Shown here piece after piece: positions 1-11,645 of a stretch of DNA of 64,000 bases. Both the position numbers and the translations under genes were made by a program. Each line of letters opens with the position of its first letter. Position 1 is the first letter of the stretch. The notes below the pieces were generated by a model that worked only from the letters and a program-made list of their open reading frames with translations, was not told the origin of the DNA and ran no database searches. The stretch comes from Selaginella moellendorffii. Taxonomy: Eukaryota > Plantae > Lycopodiophyta. The stretch lies in NCBI RefSeq assembly GCF_000143415.4, contig NW_003314346.1, positions 713,216 to 777,215 of the forward strand. Direction: 5' to 3'.

Positions 1-592
1 CGCTAGAACAATGCCAGTCTTTGCTTCTCGAGAGGACTTTCTGGCGTATGAGCAGGTCCGTTCCTACTTTGTTATAAAATTTGTCTGACCGTCAAGTTTT
101 CAGGCATTGCAATTGGCTCAGGTGGTTGACATGTCCCTGGAAGCTGGTAATTCTGAGGCTCTAAACTCCTCTTTTTGAAAAGCAAGGACTACACTCGAAT
201 TGATCAATGCACACACTGAGATCAAGCATCCATTTTTAGCACGGTTTTCGGCTGCATGGGTGTATGCAACAATCTGTACTGTGGCTGCATCGTTTCTGGA
301 GAAAGAACGCAGGTACGCTGTTTCACCAATGGCGGACAATAATTTTGAACAAAAACTGGCTCTTGACCAGATACACTGAAGCTGTAAACCTCTTCAAGCA
401 GCTCCTTAGCATGCAGTATTGTCCTGGACGGAGAGGATACTGGACTCTCCGGCTATCTATTGACTTGGAGCACTTACAGCGTTTAGGAGAGAGCCTACTC
501 GTTGCAGAAAACGGATTAAATGATTTCAACGTCTGAGGAGGGGATCGTGTTGCTTTGCAACAGAGGGTTCTCCAACTAGGAAAACCTCCTAG
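1..592 (+). pseudogene. FAN1: FAN1 (Fanconi-associated nuclease 1) fragment, copy A, 5' side of the DNA-transposon insertion
   Basis: Nearly identical to the reverse complement of 45219-45802. Encodes TRYTEAVNLFKQLL...GRRGYWTLRLSIDLEHL. Contains premature stops (e.g. TGA at 534-536). Truncated by the window start. Confidence 0.85.
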
Positions 593-616
593 AAGCTCTG
601 TTTCGTTAAAGTGGGA
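593..616 (+). repeat. Left terminal inverted repeat AAGCTCTGTTTCGTTAAAGTGGGA
   Basis: Reverse complement of 12927-12950 at 23/24 positions. Confidence 0.9.
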
Positions 617-1208
617 TTTATTCAGTAAAATGGGACTAGGTACAAATTTTCAAGTATTTAAAAATGACGTGAAATTATATGTTTTTTGTCCAGGGGCTAG
701 ACATATCTGGGGCATGGTGACTAGCGCGATGACTTTGTGTCCAGACTGAGTCCATCTGGTTGTATAATAAATCTCATTGTCAAGGTGAACAAGCCGAATC
801 TGAAGCTAAAGAAGAGCAATGGCATGCGCGCACACACTATTTGTTTGTTCATTGAGCGTGTGGTGAGCTTTCCAAGATGAACGTCATTCCTATTAGCCAG
901 ACATATAACTTAATGGTGAGAACATTTAGATATTATTCAATATTATCTTTTTCTAACGAATCTAATTGTGAAGGTGTAGCAAGAGGCATTGCTAGTCTGG
1001 AGAAGTCATTTAACTCATTTGACCCTTAGTGTATTTTCATGAAACTAAATAACATTCATATTATTAAGGAATTTCTCTAGTACCTATTTTTTATGACATA
1101 GAGGCTTGCATTTCTTTCAAAGGTGATTTAGTAAAAGGCCTGAGGGCACATGCCATTCTATTTCTCAGACCGGTATTAAGATATACTAGTGCAAAGGGCC
1201 ACATGCCA

Positions 1209-4200
1209 TCACGCCTCCTCTGATTCAGATTCGGATTGTTCACCTTGAAATAAAATACATTAGAAACTTAGTAAAGGAATATTAATGAATCTCACCTTGA
1301 ACCCGGGTTATGAATGCTCTTGCTGCATCTCTTGCATGGTCTGGCAAGGTGATGGTGGCACTCTACTTCCGCATCCAACCATGCACAACATTATCCACCG
1401 ATATGCTCATGCTGGGATCCCTAGGATTCAGCACCCATCTCTTTTCTAGGCAATCCTTCGTATATCCGGAACTTGGCTTAAACCACTGCACAGTTACATT
1501 GAAGGAGTTAGTTTCCGCGTCCTCCTCTGCATCAGTGATGCAGCGCCCCACCCATATCATTTGTTTTTTATTACTGAGTCTGACAAGCACGACCATTCCT
1601 TTGCAGACCTGTACTGGATTGAATGCTGAATCCGGCTTCTTGTTCCTCGGCCCACAATAGTGATCCTCAACATCGTTATCTGTCACTGCATTTCCAGAGG
1701 ACATTGTTCCGCTACTATCTGGTGCTCTGGGTTCTGGCCAAAAGGACTCTTCCAATTCTTCATATACAACCGGCCCATTTTGGATAGCAGATATAATCTT
1801 CTCCCAGTATTCAAGCAAAGGCTTGCACCTCTTAAAATAGGATTCTCCACCAAACACCAACCCCCTCTTCCAGAAGGCAATATGCTGTCTAATCCCGGCC
1901 ACTATACTTTCCTGGTCTTTGAGTCCATCCGGGTGCATCGGCCGTGGGGAACCCTGAGGAATCATAGGTTCCCCAGTTATGGGATCTCTCTTGAAGAGTT
2001 CAATGCCGTCCACTGGCAGCCACACTGTGTCCCATTCTCTCATCTTGTACCTCATCACTGGAGCACCGTCACGCATGCTGAAATGAAACTGAAGAGGCTT
2101 GGAGTGGCCAATCAGCGTTTCGGATCCGTCCCTGATGTAGCCTCTTACAAACCCCTTAAAGTCTGGAACCTCTGTCACAAGTGCAGCTTCAACAGTGCCT
2201 TTGATGCAATTTTGGAATTCATCGTAGAGTTGTGGGAGGGTGAGGACATTGGATCGCCGGAGGGACTCTGCCAGGTGACTGAACATGGCATCGACGTCTT
2301 CATGAGTGTGCCCAACCATGAGAAAGCCAAGTGTAACCGTTTCAAATATGCCTTTGGCAACAAGCATCGCCAAGTACGCGAAGACGTACATGTTTTTGTT
2401 CTCACTGCCAGCATTGTCTGTTTGGAGCAGAAGATGGGGTGGAAGGCCACATCGGCCGCAAGAACTTCCTTGAGATTATGCTTCGTTTGGATGAGGCTGT
2501 GCATTCACCGGGTGACCAGCCTCGTCGGAATGGCATGAGGCCTCACGTGATAACCCTACAATCTGACAGCCAACATATTCACTGGGATGGCATGGGGCCC
2601 CACGCGATACTGCAAGCCTTTGCTCCTCCTCCAGCTGAACCCTGTATGGGGTTCGATCGACAAGGGCCTTATGCAAGGGTTGGCCGTTCAGCTCAGTCTG
2701 CGCACTTTGCAAAGACCTTAAGTGATTTGCTAGGGACGCAATCATCATGTTTGCACCCCCGCCACCCCATAGAGGTACAAAGAAGTTCCCATAGTTCTGG
2801 GCACCATGCCCATGAGCGATTATGCCAAACAGAGACACAGGCAGCTGCATGGATGAAGAGATTGCCTTGGGGGCAGGATTGAGTCGAGGTAAGCACGTCT
2901 TTTTCTGGTCTATTTTGTCATGGATGATGCAGAGGTAAGAGTCAGGTCTCTCCATGGAGAGAATCCTGTTATGATAATATGCAGTTCTGTAGCTTCTCTG
3001 CTCGATGTTGTGGTCGAGCCGCCTTCTAACCAACGTCTCTCGCTCTTGAGCGCTGCAAGAATTCTTCGACAAAGCCATTTTGATAGCAGTGCACTCGTCA
3101 CACTTTGAAAAGCTGGAGTACTTTCCTATACTCACATCCCTGAACCTGTTGCTCCACAATCTACTAAATCTAGATTGGCTCAGCTTCCTGTAGCCATTAC
3201 TCTGGAGTTCCCGATTCACATCTTCCAATATGGCCCCCTTGGTATACATGGAAGGGAGAACTCGTTGGGTGTCTCGTGTTCCATCTTCCAAGAGGCGGGT
3301 TTTATGTGGTTGCTGCTCGCTACATGTCTCGACAAACCTCTTGAAGATTGCCTCTCCATATACAACATGACCCCTGGTTTTGTGCGTACCGTCGTTCCCA
3401 TGGACTGCCTGTTGAACCCTTTGTTCCTCGAACTCAGTTTTGATTCTGTAGAATGTGCTTCGAGGGACTCCATAAATGATTCTCCATGCCTTCATGCAGA
3501 CCAAACCCCTCTGGAAGACCATGCCCCCCACCTGATGTTCTGAAGCATCAACAGATGACCGTAATGCCTCATACACAAAATTGCGAGCTGCCTTCCAGGA
3601 CAATGTCTTGTATCTTGCTCTCTCCTCTTCAATAGCATCCCAATCAGTATGTTGACAGCACCTCCTCTTGCAACAAGCAACTGTCGAGACCATTCGAACC
3701 TCCATCGCCATTTTCTGCCTTTTCGGTTCGTTGCTCAGATCCTTTTGGTTGCGCTGTAGGAAGATGTACTTTCTTTTCCCATGAAGAGATGTTCTGTCAT
3801 CAGTTGTAGTGGTGTTTGATTGTGAATCCTTCACATTCTCAAACACTAAATGCCTCAATTTTCACCGCACAATGCTTCCAATAGTCAGACTGTTTTCTTC
3901 TATGTCAACAACCTCTAAAATCGCAACTCCAATATCATCCCAGCCCAATTCTTGATTAGCAACCGCATCTCTTGGATCGACAACTGTGGCTAAGCCCTCA
4001 GCTACCACCTCCCCCTCGGGGTTGTTTAGAAACACCTTTGCCTGAATCCATGTAGCACGGTTCTTAAGATCCACGGAGGGAACATGCGTCGCACTTGCGC
4101 TGTCCCCAACATCTGCTTTCTTCTGTAGATTTTTCAAGGCAACAACAACATTTACCCCGACGACCATCTCTCCTCGTTCAATAGCGACCACATTCCCATC

Positions 4201-4350
4201 GAAGACAGTCTCTACTGATACAGCAGCATTGCCTTCCCCAAGCCTTTGACAGTGTATAACAAAGTTCTGATCCATAGACACAAGGGTCCCTTTTGCAACT
4301 CTCTTCCCACCATTCAAAATGTAAACCTTTTCCCCAACCCTGAAGGCCAT
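1209..4350 (-). pseudogene. Transposase (Sola-like/DUF7869-type RNase H-fold), ~1029 aa, interrupted by 3 in-frame stops; predicted exons 4350-1296 and 1243-1209
   Basis: ORFs 3862-4350, 2476-3858 and 1363-2391 share one frame and are separated by single stops (TGA 3862, TAA 2476, TAG 1363). Motifs: SKCDEC; LCIIHDKIDQKKTCLP; LLLQTDNAGSENKN; FLMVGHTHEDVDAMFS. Final GT-AG intron at 1295-1244. Confidence 0.85.
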
Positions 4351-4699
4351 TCTGAAAGTGCAGAAAAGAAGTTAAAACCATACAAAAAATGATTGGAGAA
4401 TGGCCTAAATCATAACATACCAAATAACATGAGGCCACATGCCATTATTCAAACATGCTATTGACACCCACGTGAAATTTCGCATTCACAAAATTGGCAT
4501 GAGGCCTCATGCCATCTTGATATACACACAGCTGCAGGCAAGTAAAAACATACATGACAATACGCTAGCCATGAAATTGCAAGGGCCCAAGATGGCATGT
4601 GGCCTCATGCCATTTCTAAATGTGGTCCTAAACCATTCCATGGTGAACATACCAGGAAGCACAAGTGCCGAATATCAAGAGGAAGCGGTAGCCACACCA

Positions 4700-4920
4700 A
4701 AGACAGTGCCGCTCGCAACACCGCAACTACTCGTAGCGCCGCTCGCAACACCACAACTGCTCGTAGCGCCGCTCGCACAACCTGCCACTCGCATAAACTG
4801 CCGCTCGCAATGGCGCTCGCAATGCCGCAACCGCTTGTAGACGCATAAACCACAGCTCACAACGCCGCTTACACAAGCAGCGCTCACTGCGCTCAGCGGA
4901 ACCAAGAACACGGCGCACAA
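4700..4920. promoter_or_regulatory. CpG-rich CCGCTCGCA-type short tandem repeats upstream of the transposase (putative promoter or 5' UTR)
   Basis: 30-bp tandem GCCGCTCGCAACACCRCAACTRCTCGTAGC plus shorter units. A regulatory role is inferred from position only. Confidence 0.4.
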
Positions 4921-5636
4921 AAATGATAGACCTAGGAATGAGTTCGAGAATTCAAAAATAACACACGCTTGAACGTCACATCAAATCCTCTGACAAACCA
5001 GATCTTATGATTCCTCTGACAAATTTCAAACTGAGTAGCTTCTAGACTTTGCTGTCGGAGGTTGAACTTTGTCACATCATATCCTTGCCTCGATCCAGCT
5101 GTGCCATGTCAGTGATTCGAACTTTGCCATGCCATGTCAGCGATCCGCGCCAAGATTATTCGCCGTGTAAAGGAATAATTATGCTGTGTGTGTACTTCCA
5201 TTTATGGCAATATAAGGCCACACGCCATTCAAAGAATAATGCTAGTCGAGCATTTTTTGGTGCATTTTTGGGTTCAAAATTGCATGAGCCCACACGCTAT
5301 AAAGTTTACTTGTACCAAAAATAGAAACAGCTTTATTTACTTGGGAATTTAAGTGGTTAAGGCATTTTTAAACTTACAAACACATGCCCTACTTACATTC
5401 ATTTGGTTGCTTAAAATTCAAAAATATTATAAACCTTTCTTTTTGCATTTTCAATGTTTTCAATTATGGTTTTTGATTTTCGCAGGACTAGCCTAGTAAT
5501 CTATTTGCATCCCGTCATGTTTATAGCTAGCTTTCGTTTGTCCCCTTCGCTGGCCTGAGATACATCTGCTCGGAATCTGCCTCTTACAGCATTTGCCCAG
5601 AAAGGGCATCTTTCTTCACGAAGCATTTGCCACATG

Positions 5637-5669
5637 TTTAGGGTTTAGGGTTTAGGGTTTAGGGTTTAG
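5637..5669 (+). repeat. Interstitial plant telomeric repeat (TTTAGGG)4 TTTAG
   Basis: Read directly from the sequence. Confidence 0.95.
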
Positions 5670-6399
5670 CAATTCAGTAGCTTGATAAACATGCAAATAC
5701 AGAACTTGATGCAAAATCCTTTAATATGTCACAATGCCCCTAGGACCATAAACACATTTCAATAGAGAGGGTCCTTTCATTTCATAACTCCTTACGTAGA
5801 TCTTGGTGAAACCAGAGTTAGTGAAGTTGGTTTCTTGTGATCCCGCATCTGATTGTGATGTCCCTTTGCAGTGTCGATGGAAAGGTCAATGCACACCAAA
5901 CTGTAGAATCTTGGAGCAAAATAACGGTCGGATCTATGGCAAATGCCCCTGAAACATTGTAAGGCTCGTGTGGTCTCATGTGGTGTCCGATCGAGATGCT
6001 TCTTTGCAGTGTCATCAAGAAGGACATTGTATACCATTCTGTAAAATCTAGTTGCAATCTAACGGTTGGATCTTCAGGGAACTCAAAACAATCTCGCGCG
6101 TGTCAGAATATTCTAGGAATATACTCCTATGTGCTCCTGAAAATGGCATGCGGCCCCACGCCATTCAAGAGATAACGCCAGATGACGCCGAGCATTTTTT
6201 GGTGCATTTTTTGGGATCAAAATTGCATGAGCCCACACGCTTGAACGTCACATCAAATCCTCTGACAATTTATTTAGCTGAACATCTGGCATTTTTGGAA
6301 ATACAAGATGCTTTGGAATATCCAATCATGCATGGTATAAATATAGCGAGGGTATTAAATGATATCCCAATCATGATCTTTCTTTTGGATTTCGTGTGC

Positions 6400-6885
6400 A
6401 TGCAGTCCGAGGAATGATGACGTTGCGGATTTCTTTTGGATTTCACGCATGCGCGCGCCGATCCAGAAATTAATGGTGGCGCCCAAGTCCGAGGAATGAT
6501 GACGTGGCGGGATTACCAACCGTCGTGACATTTCGCGCGTGTGAGGTTAGGTTTTGCATTTTGCTTTGTACTCGCGCTCGCATCGCGCTCCCACTTCTCT
6601 ACAGGTTTCTCGTGTGCATCGGCGTCCACTCGCGCTTGCATCACACTCGCGCTCGCATCGCGCTCGTGTGCATCGGCGTCCACTTCAAGACACACCCAGT
6701 TTGTAACTTCGCCGCCAACTCCGCCGCCCACTCCGCCACCCACACGCAGCCCAGTTGGCGTCCCGGGAGATTTCAGCGCCACTCTCCAACTGTAAGTGGC
6801 AGAGTAGCCTTGCTGCTACGATCCGCTGCACACACAGTGCACATTCGCCAGCGAGTCCGGTTGTCACACCTCCATTCGGCTTCAA
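6400..6885 (+). promoter_or_regulatory. CpG-rich CGCGCTCGCATC repeats upstream of the accessory gene (putative promoter or 5' UTR)
   Basis: Repeated CGCGCTCGCATC and GTGCATCGGCGTCCACT; AGTCCGAGGAATGATGACGT is duplicated at 6404 and 6487. Confidence 0.4.
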
Positions 6886-7799
6886 ATGGTAAGTCTTTTA
6901 GGCCAAGTAGAAAATGGCATGAGGCCACATGCCATTCAGTAGCAACATTGGCATGCACCGATTGGGCTCTCGAGTGCAGTCCGGTTACAGATGGCGTGTA
7001 GCCTCACGCCATCTTAGGATGCAGCCTCAAGACATCTGATGCAGTGGTGAATGGCGTGTGGCCTCACGTTATTTCCAGCTACTAGCTTTTCATCTGTCAG
7101 CTCTAATTGTTGTGCATTTCTGAATAGGCGAGGAATTGCGTTCTTCTTCCAGCCACTGTCAATGTGGATGCAGAGAAGGGGGAGGAGCTCACCAGTTGGA
7201 CTTTCAGGATGGAAGGCGAGGATCTGAGGCTGTACAACACAGATGGTGGGAGAAAAGAATGCATGGGGATTCTCATCCAAGTGACAGACACTCCATGCAG
7301 TTCCATGCAAGAATATGGACTGGCACTTGTGGTAGAGACAGCGTCTGCCTTCAAGATCCACCTTGCACATCCTAGCGGCTTCCCGGAGGGGGGCAGCGGC
7401 TATGAGGAATTCCTAGAGGGAGCTAGGGAGAGGTTGTCCAGGAGGCCCACAATTTCAAAGACGCTGCGGGTCTATGAAGATCACATGGAATCCACGGACC
7501 TCACCTACGGCGATGTTCAAAAACTATATTCCAACATTGAGCCGTTGAGAGTGACTCCAGTTCGCGAAGCAAAGGGGAAGGGGGTCGATCTGGAAACTAC
7601 CTCGAAGCAGAAAAGGGTGGTCAAGCTCAAGCCGATGTCCGACTCTTCTGCTCCAAAAAAGAAGCTACTCAGTGATGCCATTGCCTCGGGTTCGAACACT
7701 ACACCCACCAAAAAGAAGAGCCGCAAAGAGTAGAAAGAGCAAGAAGAGGCAGCAAAAATCGTTGTAGATAATAGTACTTGTTACTATTCCAACAAAATA

Positions 7800-8200
7800 T
7801 ATACAATCGACGTGAGCCGTATCGACATCCAAAGCAAATACAACCACAGGCTAGTATCTGATGAGTGGGTGGAGAAATTGAAGCAGAAGATGCTGGCAAG
7901 TCTAGTAACACCCGACATCGCAGACGTGATCCCCTACTACCGAACAATGAAGGGCGAGACGAGGTTTCCAGACTTGATCAATAGGAAGGTGTTGGACGAT
8001 CAGAACATCCGGTTCTATGCCGTCTCCGGGCAGCATTCTAGCTTGGCGATGCAAGAGATAGTTGTGGATATTATGGTGGGCGAGGAGGTGAAGAAAGTCT
8101 TCAAGACAAGAGTTGTCCGCCTGATAAAAGGCAACTTGCCCCTCCGATCTATCATATACATCTCCCACGCGCAGAATGTCAAGCAAGAAACGTGCTACAA
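7800..8200 (+). CDS. ParB/Sulfiredoxin-like N-terminal domain (part of the accessory gene)
   Basis: IDVSRIDIQSKYNHRLVSDEWVEKLKQKM...FYAVSGQHSSLAMQE parallels the ParB pattern (I.I..I.....R...D...L..L..SI ... Y.II.G.HR..A). Manual motif match only. Confidence 0.55.
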
Positions 8201-8959
8201 ATCGGGTCTGCACGAGACATTGGCACGAACACGGAAGCTCTGGGTTCAACTGAAGAAGCCACAAAAACCAGGACAAGGACGTGCACTAGCAACTAGCGCC
8301 TGGCAGGTAAGCCTCGTTGCATGTGGCATAGCATGTGGCCTCACGCCATTTCCATTGCAGGAATTCTCGAGTCTTCTCTCGAAAACACTGGGGGTCAATG
8401 ACACACTCAGCATCCATAACATTCTACTCGCGACAAAAGTTGTTTTTGACAAATGGGTAGATGTGCTAAGGAGGTACCATGATGGGGAGTTGCCAAACTC
8501 AATGGGTGTGGAGGACGGCCGGAAGCCCAATGATTTGAAGCTCAACGCCTTGCGTTTCTCGCAGTCTCTAGACGACGACGACCTTCTGACAGTGGCTAAT
8601 GCTCTTCTACGTGGTGAGGTAGTCTTCAACAAGACCAAAATGACTCCCGGCCATATTGTGACATACGAGGACTTGTGCACGACTCTGAGAGCTCGTGCGC
8701 TATTGAAGGATTGGATCTTCGAGCAAGTGGCCGTGGAGAGGGTGAGCATCAACACCACGCAAGAGATGATGGAAGCGCTGGAGTTGTCAAATGAAGACAT
8801 CGACGAGTACGTGAAGGGGGCCCCCAAGTTCATCGATCTGCTGCGGGATGCCACGAAAAGTAAAGCTGAGAAGTTGGATCAGTATCCAAATTTCATTAAG
8901 ATTGATGTCGACCGCCGGCTTCAGAAACAGCTCGACCCCGCAGCAGAGGCCTATCGAGA

Positions 8960-9684
8960 ACCTTACCAGGTATACTTGAATTTGGATGAGGATCAAAGGT
9001 GGAGGAGCATCGTTTCCCTCGGAGATGAGCAGGTCAAGAACATCTTTTGTGTGATGGACTTCACAAACGAGGAGATCACTCATGCAGACGAAGTCAGCTC
9101 CATCATTGACTTAATGGTGGGACTTGCGGAGGTGGAATCTTCAGTCCACTATATGATCTACGACTCCGAATCCTATCACAAGTTCTGGAAGGCCTTGAAC
9201 GAGGTGAAGGCTCGGTTGAAAGGCAAGGAGATGCGGGAGATCCATGGGATAATGGCTAAGAAGAAGATACCGACGAATGTCCGCATCTTCACACTCGCCC
9301 TTGTTATTGGTCCTGCAACAGAGTGGGACTGGAGTGACTTCCCAGCTTCGTTTGACAAGGCCAATCGAATTGATCTGAGGGAGGTCAATTTACCCGTGCC
9401 TGAGGAACTGAAGACGGCTATGGAGCTTTCGAATCCAAAGAAAGCTCCAGGTGTAGCATGGGAAATGCTCAGCTGGGTCTTCAACGCAATAGCGGGTGGG
9501 TCACCTGCTTCCGACTCCAAGGGCAAATGCGTTGTCGAGTACAACTGCGGCGGACTATTCTTTCGAGCCGCACTACTCAAGGGTGTCCCGTGTGTTGTGG
9601 TGACAAACTCCATTGAAGAGGTGACTTCAATGGAGCATATAATTACAGTTGCCAAAGAAAAACAGTATCTTCTCTGCGAACCTG
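8960..9684 (+). CDS. Degenerate (probably inactive) beta-class DNA amino-methyltransferase-like fold (part of the accessory gene)
   Basis: KKAPGVAWEMLSWVFN...GKCVVEYNCGGLFFRAALLKGVPCVVVTNSIEE resembles KP..L...LI......GD.VLDPF.GSG....AA...GR...G.E. FCVMDFT sits where the DPPY motif is expected. Confidence 0.45.
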
Positions 9685-11645
9685 GTGAGTACACACTTTA
9701 AGTTTAAATGTTATCTCACAAGCTCTGTATGCAGGAGCGTGGCCACCCCCAGATGCTGAAACGGCGTTAACAGCTACTATTGAAGATACCCATGTTGGGC
9801 CGAGCTCACAACCTGCACAAGGTAAGGTCACGTGAGGCCTCACGCCATTTTGATTATAGATCGTTGTGAATATTCAGACACGAGGACTGAAAAGTGCACT
9901 GGTGGCGCATCGAAGAAGGACAAACAGACAAGCAATAGGAAAAAAGGAGGTACAAATTATATTTGCAATGGCGTGTGGTCTCATGCCATTCCTTGCAGGA
10001 GAAACTTCTTCAAAGGCAAAACAGGCAAGCACCAGCCAAGCTCAAACTGACAGTGGTCATAAAAAGCGAAAGCACGTTGGACAGTCGTCGGGATCAGAGG
10101 CGTTTGATTCGAAAAGGAAGAAGGGCAACGAAAAGATGATAGGTAATGCCTTGCGGTTATGGCGTGTGTGCTCATGCCATTCATTGCAGATCAAGGGCTG
10201 AGTGAAAGCAGGCAGTCACCACCTCATGACTCAGATTCCTATGGCGGACTCCCCTTCCCCAATCTCAATGGAGAGGTACAATGGATGAGGGAAGCTTTTC
10301 AAGTCAGGGCCACGTTTTTCTCATCTCGTCGTCTTCGAAGGGTGCAAGAACGTGCAAAAACCATGTTAAGACAGTCGGGTGAGGATACGGTCCTAGGTCA
10401 CGCACTAAAACAGGCTATGGATGTCTTGTATTTTGAGATGGAGACTCGGCCAGATGATTTTCCCAAGATGGTCCTGGAAGAACAAGCCATCCAGCCTGAG
10501 CAGCCTATGGAAGAAATGCAGGAGGGGGATGAGGAGCCAGAGAAAGATAATGAGCAGGAAGAGCAGAAGGACGAAGAGGAGGACAAAGAAGAGGAGGACG
10601 AAGAAGAGGAGGACGAAGAGGACTTGGATGGTCCTCACAATGGTGACGATCACAATAACGACGACGACGATGATGACGACGATGGCCAGCCTGAGGTGGC
10701 CAAAGAGCAGCGGAGGAAGGTCATACAAGACAAACCATCAGGTAAATAATAGTACATCCATTCCTAACCTTTTACCATTTCTAACATTGTCCATGTAGGT
10801 CGCAGAGCAAATGGTAAGTAGAGATTATTCAGTTGAATTTACAAACTCTAGCCTTTAGTGTCGAGGAAGGATAGTGCCAAGCAAGGGTCGAAACGTATGT
10901 CCAATCCTTCAGAATCAGCAGTGCGCCCAAGTGATATCGGTCCTAGTTCCTCAATAGCAGTTGATGGTAAATACAGTATAGTCGATTCAATGTGCTAATG
11001 AGTTTGTTTTTAGTAGCACGGGAGGATACCATCTCAATCGAAGGGAGATATTTGGACATGCATATGGATCCGCCAGTGGACTCTACTTGGCTACAAGAGT
11101 CATCAGAGCTGGTGGAGGCTACTATCCATATCAACGCCAAGCAAGCTGACCACGCTCCACTTGATGCTGCCCATACCACTGAGTCAATCTTGTCCACGTA
11201 TCCAACTGACGGTGACCAGGCGCCATTGGACCCACATGAGGCCGCCCCAGCCGCCGAGCCGGTCGTATCCTCATTTCCAACGGACTCAACGTGTGCCCAA
11301 TCGTCTGACTACGCGCCGTTGGAACCTCCCTACACCGCCCCTGCTGCCTGTTCGGTCATGTCCACTTTGCCAACGGAGGCACCAGCTGAAATGGTGTGTG
11401 ATCACACGCCATCGGAACCACCCCATGCCACTGTTGAGCCAGTTGTACCAGAGTCTACAGCTGAAATGGCATGTGCCCACACGCCATCGGATGCGATTGA
11501 CCCCACATTGCAAAGGAGAGTATTTCCGCCCTTCATGTTTCCTCGACCAAAACCCTCTCAACGACCATCGGGAGCAACATTCGCTAATATTGTAGATGGT
11601 AAAATTGACTTGTACCATTTTTTATGCTGACGCATTTCATTTCAG

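Noticed and set aside
1660-2882. Plus-strand ORFs of 292 aa and 147 aa
   Set aside because: Antisense shadows of the transposase with no recognisable motifs.
5637-5669. True chromosome end
   Set aside because: Only about 4.7 units, internal to a TIR-bounded element.
8960-9684. Active DNA methyltransferase
   Set aside because: No DPPY/SPPY or FxGxG motif is intact; at most a degenerate fold.
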